A DNA stretch of 64,000 nucleotides from Chrysemys picta bellii (lineage: Eukaryota), in the NCBI RefSeq assembly GCF_011386835.1, contig NC_088797.1, positions 5,332,001 through 5,396,000 on the forward strand, written 5' to 3'. Each line of letters begins with the position of its first letter. Within the stretch, counting starts at the first letter, position 1. Positions 25,001 through 33,455 of this stretch are shown here, one piece after another. The position numbers and the translations under genes are program-made. Below the pieces are notes generated by a model. The model was not told the origin of the DNA. It searched no databases and was given only the letters and a program-made list of their open reading frames with translations.

Positions 25001-28000
25001 GTGTCCCCCCTCAGGGGCCACATGAAAGTGCCAGCAGCTTCCGGGAGCACCGTGGGGCCGGGGCAGGCAGGGAGCCTGCCTTAGCCCCCGCCCCAGCCTG
25101 GTGAAAGTGAGTGAGGATGGGGGAGAGCAAGCGACGGAGGGAGGGGGGAATGGAGTGAGCGGGGCAGGGTAGATCCTGGGTTGCACTTAAATTCAGAAAG
25201 TGACCTTGTGCTTTAAAAGGTTGGCGACCACTGCTGTAGAGGGTGTTTGGTATCCATTGTGGGGGACTTGGGAGCAGGAGCTAGTGGCAAGGCAGGGACC
25301 AGGAGCGTCATGAGCACTTGAATTGTTCAGTTGGGGAGTGCTGTTTGGTTGGACTGGATCCAGGTCCCATTTAGTCATAATTTCCCACTGCTCAAGCTAT
25401 CCCAGAGCCCGTAACGGTGCCAGCTCCAGCCCAGTCTCTAAAGCTTCTTGCAATGAGAGCAGTTCTTTTGTGGTCTTTTTCTCTATTGGCTTTCCTCTCC
25501 TTCTGGGGTCAAAAAGGCTCCTGTGGCACCTCCCCATAAACCCGAGGGTCCTGCTCGTCACCTCTCAACACAACACTTCCGCAAAAGCTCTTGGTGTTGG
25601 CATCACAGTTGGTGCTGAGAACTGTCCTGGAGCCTCCTTGGTAATGCCGAGGTTACTGCTTCAAGGCACGACGCCCCTAGTGACTTGATGCCTGTCCATG
25701 GCTCAAGATCTATGAGGCAGAGGGAACTCCGCGCTGAAGTCAATTGTAAAACTCACATGGATTTCAGTGGGAGCAGAGTTAGGCCTATGGTGAGCACTTT
25801 TGAAAATCATACCCAGAAGAGCAGACCGTGATATTTCGGGAACTCCAGTTACAGATAAGTAACCACGTATACATCCACCAAAGGGATCGGATCACTAAGC
25901 AGTGCTTCGCTTGTTTGCAGCGTAGTTGGGTTAAGTTATCAAAATGTTTTAGGGTTTGAGAAGGTCAGTATTTTTGCAGGTTTCAGAGTAACAGCCGTGT
26001 TAGTCTGTATCCGCAAAAAGAAGAACAGGAGTACTTGTGGCACCTTAGAGACTAACAAATTTATTAGAGCATAAGCTTTCGTGGACTACAGCCCACTTCT
26101 TCGGATGCATATAGAATGGAACATATATTGAGGATATATATATACACACATACAGAGAGCATAAACAGGTGGGAGTTGTCTTACCAACTCTGAGAGGCCA
26201 ATTAATTAAGAGAAAAAAAACTTTTGAAGTGATAATCAAGCTAGCCCAGTACAGACAGTTTGACAATAAGTGTGAGAATACTTACAAGGGGAGATAGAGT
26301 CAATGTTTGTAATGGCTCAGCCATTCCCAGTCCTTATTCAAACCGGAGTTGATTGTGTCTAGTTTGCATATCCATTCTAGCTCAGCAGTCTCTCGTTGGA
26401 GTCTGTTTTTGAAGTTTTTCTGTTGTAATATAGCCACCCGCAGGTCTGTCACTGAATGACCAGACAGGTTAAAGTGTTCTCCCACTGGTTTTTGAGTATT
26501 TTGATTCCTGATGTCAGATTTGTGTCCATTAATTCTTTTGCGTAGAGACTGTCCGGTTTGGCCAATGTACATGGCAGAGGGGCATTGCTGGCACATGATG
26601 GCATATATCACATTGGTAGATGTGCACTGAACAAACACCAATAGGCTTATTCTACTGCAGGACAATTTCCAGAGCCTGGTGTCTGTGCACAAAGAGCACT
26701 AACCGTTTCTTCTTTTTCTTTTCTAGGAAAATTCCCCCAGCATCTAGCAACACGGCGTCTGTTCGTGCTCCACATTGGACAAACTCAATGCCTGCGTCAC
26801 AATATGGTGTCAGTGCTGCAGGTTTCCTTTTACCCACCACGGTTATGTCATCACCAACATTGGTTTCTCCTTCCTGTGTGTCTCTTAATAGTAAATCAGT
26901 CCCATCACATGGAACTACACTAAATGCCAATCCTTCTAATCTGGGTGCAGTGGACCCTGTCTGCAGTATGCAATCAAGACAAGTGTCTTCGTCCCCTTCA
27001 ACACCTACAGTGCTTTCCTCAGTACCTTCACCTATGCCCAGCAAACCTCAGAAATTGAAATCCAGCAAGTCTTTTAAACCTAAGGAATCTTCTGCTAGCA
27101 GCGCCAACTGTAACAGTACCAGTAGCAACAGTAGCAGCGGCGGCTCAGGAAAGAAGCGTAAAAACAGTTCCGCACTGCTAGCACCTTCGTCTCATTCCAC
27201 AGAGTCCTTTAGGAAAAACTGTGTGGCTAACTCTGGGACCTCTTATCATTCATCCATGACATCTTCGTCGCACAGTGTTGGCCTCAATTGTATGACTAGC
27301 AAAGCTAACTCTGGTAGCCTCAAACATGACCAATCAGGGAGGGGCCCTCCTACTGGAAGCCCTGCAGAATCGATAAAAAGAATGAGTGTGATGATGAACA
27401 GTAGTGATTCCACTCTTTCCTTAGGGCCATTTGTTCATCAGGCCAGTGAACTGACTGTAAATTCACACAGCAGTTTTTCACATGCACACACTTCCCTGGA
27501 CAAATTCATAGGAAAGAAAAGAAAGTGCTCACCTGGTTCAAGCAGCATAAACAGCAGCAAATCAAACAAGGTTGCCAAATTGCCATCGGTGAACAATGTT
27601 CATGCAAAACACACCAGTGCAATCACAGGGACACAGGGACTGATGAACAATTCTCTTCTTCATCAGGTATGACATTTTGTATTGAAGATATTTCACTTGA
27701 CAGATTAGCTTTGGAATCTGCAGACTTGCACTGGTGACTGCACATGGTTATATTGGTCATAGTCAGAGAGTTTAAGGCCAGAAGGGACCCCTACAACATC
27801 TAGGTCGTGTCCTGTTGGTTTTGGTTGACTAGCTGATTCTAGACATTCTGTTAGTGAAAGGTGGATATCTGTTTTCCTATTTGACTGCTGCTCTTTTTAA
27901 ATATTTTTCACTGTGAATCTTTTGCTGTCAGATTATTACAACAAATCCGCTTTTTTTAAAGTGTGGTTTTACTCTGAAAAGTTGCGTTTAAAAGTGGCAT

Positions 28001-29312
28001 AATGGGTTCCATAATCATTACCTAATTACTCCCAGATGAAATTCACTCGCTTCACAAGTAAAAATATTTTTCCTGAGTGTCAGCCTTGCAAACTGAGCCA
28101 AGTATCTGAAAGTCAGGCTGGGATCTTTCTGACTTCCATATCCACAACAGTAAGCATTCTACAGTCAGAACGTAGTTAACCATTTTGATTATAACTCAGT
28201 TGCAATAAAATACAGCTTCCTTCCCCAGAGCTCTGTTGCCAGGCTCTGCAGTATGAGCAGGAGAAAAGAGTAGTTAACAATTACTTTTGTTAGTTTAAAA
28301 CCAGCAGAAATTACAAGGAAAACACAAAGGGATCAGAGCTTGTGAGTGAGTAACTTGTTATAGACTAGTTACTTCTCAAAATAGAATCACATTGAAATGA
28401 ATGTGTTGTTTAAAAACTATTTTGCCATGCATAGTGGGGTCATGAGGAGAGGAATGGGAAATAACAGAGAAAAATCAGATAAGGCTGTTTTTGCAAAACT
28501 ATGAGAAATAGGTTGGACGATCACTTGAAGGAAAAGAGTCTATTTAAAGGGAAAAAATAGACTCAGAGAAGCTAGATATGGAGAAGATTTATCAGATCAT
28601 CCAGATCCCTGACATTGCATGATTGTTCCCCATGCTATGTTTTCTACTGTGTTGAAATATTGACGATTTCTTTCTATTTCCGCCAGTCCTACAAGCCCAC
28701 CCCCCCGTTTGCTTTTTTCCTCATTATTGCGGAAGTTCATATAACTGAAGTGTTAGGAGCTCACAAAGGTCCGTCTTAGGTCTCTGAATTTTCCCTTTCC
28801 TCCAAAGACCAGGTCTGTCATTGCTGTTGTACGCTGACTAGTGTACATGCTGTATAGGAAGAAGAAATGACTATCTATGGATAATACAGCTCAGCCATCA
28901 TTGCTCTAGGAACTTTCACTTTTGGTACTTCCTGACGGTTTTCATTTAACTCAGCAACCTGATGGGGGAAAAGCTACTTTTGAAATAATTAAATTGAATG
29001 TATACCTTTAAGAAATGAGGAAAGTCACACCTGCGGGCTTCTGATTATTGTTGTCATGACTACGACACCAGTCAGCCACTTAGGAGTGTAATTGGAGAGC
29101 ACAATTACTTGGGAAGGCAGAAACTTTAGAATTCCAGATGCAAACAAGCCGACTGGCTGTTAATAGTGCTACCTGGTGCCTTGTAACTCCCTCTGACGTG
29201 TTCTCTTGCTGTCCAGAAAGGTCCTGCCTGATGTGGCCTTTACTGTATCTATTACAACATGCTTGCTTACACCGCTTTCTTTTTTGTTTGAAAGCCAAAG
29301 GCACGTCCTTGA
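15771..29312 (+). CDS. ATXN7: Ataxin-7 (SAGA deubiquitinase-module subunit), 5'-partial spliced CDS. 8 exons: 15771-16023, 17604-17866, 18684-18766, 20630-20895, 21850-22048, 23145-23266, 26727-27666, 29295-29312
   Basis: The exons join in frame with GT-AG boundaries (2144 nt = 2 nt of phase + 714 codons including TGA). Translation runs ERRHSSSSKPPL...FDPDIYCGVVDVETKKPCTRSLTCKTHSLTQRRAVQGRRKRFD...LLHQPKARP*, recognisably ataxin-7 with its SCA7 zinc-finger domain. Syntenic with PSMD6. Confidence 0.97.
16179..16964. mobile_element. Non-autonomous hAT element
   Basis: TIRs CAGTGGTCACCAACC / GGTTGGAGACCACTG; perfect TSD GTCTAGAG at 16171-16178 and 16965-16972; GC-rich low-complexity interior. 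Confidence 0.9.
17604..17866 (+). CDS. ATXN7: ATXN7 coding exon (exon 7 equivalent, 263 bp)
   Basis: ctacag|C ATG ACT CCA ... TTG TCA G|gtaatt; encodes MTPSVKVEKIHPK...RKFLHKRLS. Confidence 0.96.
18684..18766 (+). CDS. ATXN7: ATXN7 coding exon (exon 8 equivalent, 83 bp), first part of the SCA7 zinc finger
   Basis: ttgctag|AG AGA GAG TTT ... TGC AAG|gtagga; encodes EREFDPDIYCGVVDVETKKPCTRSLTCK. Confidence 0.96.
20630..20895 (+). CDS. ATXN7: ATXN7 coding exon (exon 9 equivalent, 266 bp)
   Basis: tttgcag|ACA CAT TCC ... CCA AG|gtaagt; encodes THSLTQRRAVQGRRKRFDLLLAEHK...PSLP(R). Confidence 0.96.
21063..21099. repeat. 37-bp hairpin, probably a TIR-only MITE remnant (Harbinger-like)
   Basis: CTATGTCTACACT gccccgt AGTGTAGACATAG, perfect 13-bp arms. 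Confidence 0.6.
21525..21690 (+). mobile_element. CORE-SINE (MIR-like)
   Basis: ctctgttactgacttgctgagtggccttgacaagccactt...ctcagtttgcctatctgcaaaatggatataat. Confidence 0.65.
21850..22048 (+). CDS. ATXN7: ATXN7 coding exon (exon 10 equivalent, 199 bp)
   Basis: ttgtcaag|G CCT CCA GGC ... GCC GCT|gtatgt; encodes PPGCPTQH...SSDEGE...YSGHHPQPAA. Confidence 0.95.
23145..23266 (+). CDS. ATXN7: ATXN7 coding exon (exon 11 equivalent, 122 bp)
   Basis: attttcag|TTT TGC ACA ... TGG AA|gtgagt; encodes FCTFGSRQIGRGYYVFDKRWNHIRCALNFMVDKHLNSQMW(K). Not present in the ORF track. Confidence 0.96.
23853..24430. mobile_element. Older CR1 fragments (minus-strand 3' end ~23853-24120; plus-strand pieces ~24155-24430)
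   Basis: gtcatagaaatg...ggaagggaccttgagaggtcatc; minus-strand EDRTRSNEHKLQRGRFRLEIRKNFL; plus-strand ctactcagcactggtgaggcctcagc. Confidence 0.7.
24904..25233. mobile_element. Older hAT MITE related to the 16179 element
   Basis: Termini CAGTGGTCATCAAC / GTTGGCGACCACTG; TSD CTATAGCG vs CTGTAGAG (6/8); the last ~65 bp resemble the end of the 16179 element. Confidence 0.8.
25979..26625 (-). mobile_element. Penelope-like retroelement, 5'-truncated, with GIY-YIG endonuclease C-terminal ORF (26625-26300)
   Basis: TSTNVIYAIMCQQCPSAMYIGQTGQSLRKRINGHKSD...GEHFNLSGH...RETAE is a PLE GIY-YIG domain with Cys/His motif; followed by 3' sequence containing the hammerhead motif. Confidence 0.9.
26069..26108 (-). 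ncRNA. Minimal type I hammerhead-like motif (U4C core)
   Basis: Minus strand: GCAT CCGAAGA A GTGGGC tgta GTCCAC GAAA GCT T ATGC, downstream of the GIY-YIG ORF on the same strand. Confidence 0.65.
26727..27666 (+). CDS. ATXN7: ATXN7 large coding exon (exon 12 equivalent, 940 bp)
   Basis: ttttctag|G AAA ATT CCC ... CAT CAG|gtatga; Ser-rich region with KPQKLKSSK, GKKRKNSS and DQSGRGPPTGSPAESIKRMS; corresponds to ORF 26620..27672. Confidence 0.97.
29295..29312 (+). CDS. ATXN7: ATXN7 terminal coding exon (exon 13 equivalent), PKARP-stop
   Basis: tttttgtttgaaag|CCA AAG GCA CGT CCT TGA gives the canonical ataxin-7 C-terminus PKARP*. Confidence 0.93.
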   Translation, partial: PKARP

Positions 29313-31387
29313 TAGCTGAATATGCCGTGGTGAGAAAAGAACTGGACAACGTTCACTATAAGCAAAACCTCCATCTGGAATTCTGGACTCCAAGATGCCT
29401 TTGAGTTATCCCAGCTTCCCATGGTCCTCAGGTGTGGAAATCTACTGGACTGTCATTCAAACAAGGAATTTCCCTGAAGCCATGTCTGTAGCAGTGAATA
29501 TTGTAAATGGACACTGGATGGAAGTTCAGCCACATAATTGCTCTTACCAGTGTTAACAGTGGTCTGGACTGCTTGCTACAAATCTGTGAGCTGTTACCTA
29601 CGGGAGTACATCATCTTGCCACTATTTGACATAGATTGGCTGGCAAAAGAATGTTTGGGGACAACCATTACTGTGGACTCTTTTTATGCTGATGGTGTCT
29701 TTTGTAGGTTATTAGCCACCCGATAGGCGCTGTCAATTGAAAGAAACCCTCCAGCGGGGGTACAGTGTGTTAGGCACAATGAAAAGAAGCCCTCAAGAAG
29801 GGAATATGGCTTTAGTGTTTTTATAGCAGTGTTCCTTTAATGGAACACAAAAATAGCACAATTCAGAAACTAAATAGTCTGTGTTTTGCCCAGCCTTTTG
29901 CAAGTCATTTGGGATAAGAAGCTGTCAGGAGTTTCAAAAACTTTTAAAAACTTGTTTGAGGCCATCGTTCAGAAAACAAAGATAAAAATAATGTTGTACT
30001 TGCCTGATGGAAAAGCGATTATTATTTTGAGTAAGATTCTATTGCAAAAGAAAGTAAAAATTGTTAATTCCTTTTGATGAAGGAAATCCGAATGCAAAAG
30101 TATCAAATCAACAAAGGCAAATAACCTATAAAACTATTCCCAAAGAACATATTTTTTGACCTATACTGTATACCAGAAGCCTTTGTTACTTTAAAGAAGA
30201 ACTCTACTAGTTGAATTAGGTTGGTTGTAACTTCCGGCCTGTAAAAACAGCCCTTTTAAAACTAAATATTTAAAATATTTAAAGATTTTCTGAAAGCTTT
30301 TCAGTTAGTTTATGCCTTGTTCTTGTAATCAAATCATTAACACTTCTCATGCTTTCAGCTACCCACAATCAGATATTTCAGAATGCTGCACTAGATGCTA
30401 GTTAGCAACTGAGTTCAGCTTTAAGTCCACCTGGATGGGTTACTATCATCTTTTTCTCAGACACAGATGTTTTATGAATAAAGAGGACTATACTATGTTA
30501 CAGTCCAGACGGTCAGTTTTCACGAGAGATTTTTATCTTGTTTTAAAACATCTCAAAAATGAAATCCTTTAAAGGGCTTTAGCATTATTATAATGTAATT
30601 GATTTGGATATTTTCAGTAAGCTTTTTAACAATGAATTTTGAGACTTTACTTGAACCTTTGTTAAGGGGTGAAGTAAAGGAAAACAACTTCTAAATCAAG
30701 AATATACTCTTTTTGCCTTAAAGGGGCACCAGATATTGCTGAGATCAGACAATCTGAGCCTATCAAATTATTCACGCAGTCCAGCCTTCTTCTTCCCAGT
30801 TTGGTGGCACATCGTACATCAGGGATTCTCAAGCCACTAAGAGCAGCAGGTGCTTGGTTGGTTACCTGTTCACGTTTCCAAGTTACCTTGAACTTGCTGC
30901 AGAATTATTATGTACCGCAAAACAACAGCGAGCCTCTATGCAGACACTTTAGCTTTGAGTTTATATAAAAGGTCACCATGAAAAAACACTTCAGACGTTT
31001 ATTATGCAAACATAAACTAACTGTATTTCAGGAACAAAAAGTTGAAGATGTAATATGATGCCCAACTGAAAGGATTGTTTCCTGCACAGTGGGTGTGAAA
31101 TTCTGGCCCCATTGAAGTCAGTGGTGCCAAGGTTTCACCCCTACATGTTTCAGTCACAAGTGCAATTTGGTTGGATAGACTTACATTTCAGGTGAACAGA
31201 AATGTATATTCATCAACCTTTGTGGCTTTAAGTGATGGAACATCTTTAGTTGTGTAAAGATTATGTTGATCTGAAAGCTTAATGGCAAGTCAAAGCTCAT
31301 TCAAAACCATGCAGACATTTGAAAGTTAGTATTTAATCACTGTGCTTCATGTAGGGCCGGGTTTTAACTACACCTGCATTAGGGCTC

Positions 31388-31637
31388 CAGGGCCGGCTCC
31401 AGGCACCAGCCCACCAAGCTTGTGCTTGGGGCGGCACCTGGAGGGGGGCGGCGCGGCGCTCCGGCCACCAGGGAGAGCGGAGCCCCGGCCAGCTCGCCGC
31501 CCTCCCCCCCGGCGCTCTGGCTGCCGGAGAGAGCGGAGACCCGGCCGGGCTCGGCGCCCTCCCCTGCCACGCTAGGGAGGGAGGGGCGGCCGGAGGCTTT
31601 TTTGCCTTGGGTGGCAAAAAAGCCAGAGCCGGCCCTG
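31388..31637. mobile_element. hAT MITE inside the ATXN7 3' UTR
   Basis: Perfect 12-bp TIR CAGGGCCGGCTC / GAGCCGGCCCTG; perfect TSD TAGGGCTC at 31380-31387 and 31638-31645. Confidence 0.9.
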
Positions 31638-31947
31638 TAGGGCTCGTAGTTTTAATCTATTGGGACTAGGAAGTGAGGCCATTTTAAATTTCATCTGCCC
31701 TTGAGTACAGACCTGCTTAAATATTACAGCTTAGATCTTGGTTCTAAACAGAACCCGGTTCCTGAAGCTTTTATTGTCTCTCATAATTCTTACTGTAAAT
31801 ATTTAAGGAAGCTTAAAATTAATTTACCGTGCAAAATTGAATTTGCAGTGGCTGGGTTGTTTCTAGACAGATTTTCGTAGTAATTTAAGAGATACAATTT
31901 TTATAGGCTTTCCAACGTCTCGTTCTGACTCCTGCAGTTTTCTTAAC

Positions 31948-32134
31948 NNNNNNNNNNNNNNNNNNNNNNNNNNNNNNNNNNNNNNNNNNNNNNNNNNNNN
32001 NNNNNNNNNNNNNNNNNNNNNNNNNNNNNNNNNNNNNNNNNNNNNNNNNNNNNNNNNNNNNNNNNNNNNNNNNNNNNNNNNNNNNNNNNNNNNNNNNNNN
32101 NNNNNNNNNNNNNNNNNNNNNNNNNNNNNNNNNN
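31948..32134. other. Assembly gap (187 N)
   Basis: Run of N within the ATXN7 3' UTR. Confidence 1.
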
Positions 32135-32478
32135 TTGGTACAATTGAGATCATCTAGTATTTATTTATTAATTAATTAAAAATAGCAAATACCTTTTTTA
32201 TAATTTGAAGTGGTTCACTGCCAAGCTAACAGTAACATGCCTACTTTGCAAATTAAGGGATGCCTTTGTTTTGTGAAAGTTGTGTCCCTTTTAGTGTCTT
32301 GGGAGTGGATACCTACAAACTAACGCCAAGATCCTGCAGTTGGACCCATGCAGAGGTCTGCCACAAGGATCTGATTGCAGGATCAGGGTCTAAATGGTCT
32401 AGGTGGCATTGCTTATCAGTTGTCTGATTCCCAGAAGACTACATTTAGTTAAGTGACACTCTGCTTCTCTTTTTTTAG

Positions 32479-32527
32479 TATGTGTGTGTGTGTATGTGTG
32501 TGTGTGTGTGTGCGCGCGCGTGCGCAT
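32479..32527. repeat. (TG)n(CG)n alternating purine-pyrimidine tract
   Basis: tatgtgtgtgtgtgtatgtgtgtgtgtgtgtgtgcgcgcgcgtgcgcat. Confidence 0.9.
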
Positions 32528-33449
32528 TTGTATGGGTCTCGTGGTTTAAAACTAATGGAAAAACTGAAAGTGCCTGATATAACTAGTTTTAAGCTTGGAC
32601 TGTTCAGACAGCTTCTCCTTAAAAGACTTGAATGTTCAGTTGAAATTTTGGAGCTTGCTTTTTCCACCTATATATTTCTAACATTTTAATTCGAAGGGGT
32701 TCAAAACACAAAAATGACCGATGCTGGTGATTTTTGTAAAGCATTTTAAATAGAATAACGTGTTTTGAAACAAGCCCATCAATAGTGCATCTCAAAATAA
32801 TGCCAAGGGTTAAATATTTTTTTTCAAACAGAAATTTACAGAACGGTCTCCTTTTTTTTGGTTATTCATTCTTAAACGATATAGTTTAGAAAAAGAGAAT
32901 GTTTAAAATATTTTGTGTTCCAGAAAAAAAAACAAAAAACAAACAAAAAAACCCAGATAAGTACCTCTTAAAACAATTTAAAAAAATGTGTGATTTCCAA
33001 ATGTCATTTCTACGGCAGTTGTCTTCCTCTAAGAGTTCTCTTGCCAAGGAATCTCTGTTGTCTCTCACTCATTCTGTCCTGGGGGAGGGAATCGGGCTTG
33101 AAAAATTCTTAACTTTTCACTGTTGAGCAGAAAATCATTTTTACATTTTGTGCAAAATATTTTACGTTTGAAAGATAATTTAAAACTGAGCACTACATAA
33201 TGTCAATGTGAATGTAGGCCTCGAAAGTATCCTGCTCAGTGTTGAGCCTGGTTCTAAAAAGCAATCTCCTGTGTAAAATGTGTGAATAGTTTGATAATTT
33301 GTATACATAATCAAGAGCATCTGATCAGCTGAACTTTGTGGTGGCTGCTGTATAGTACATGAACAAATGTCATGGGATAGAAAAATTACTTTGGATATTT
33401 AAAAGAAAAATAAAGATATAGTCTATTTGTTTTGTAACAAGTTTCTGTA

Positions 33450-33455
33450 AATAAA
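33450..33455 (+). terminator. Likely ATXN7 polyadenylation signal
   Basis: AATAAA in tttgtaacaagtttctgtaAATAAAataat, with UGUA motifs upstream and U-rich sequence downstream. Confidence 0.6.

Noticed and set aside
26652-27044. Antisense ORFs over ATXN7 exons (also 15664-16005)
   Set aside because: Shadow ORFs of Ser-rich coding sequence, with no independent evidence.
27687-27737. DISLDRL... resembling the start of human exon 12b (DISS...)
   Set aside because: Only 20 nt from the exon-12 donor, too short for an intron; the similarity is three residues.
28084-28149. 66-nt AG...GTAAGC candidate cassette exon
   Set aside because: Its length is a multiple of 3, so it cannot open the alternative C-terminal frame; weak pyrimidine tract and no other support.
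31863-32153. ORFs spanning the N run
   Set aside because: Artefacts of the assembly gap.
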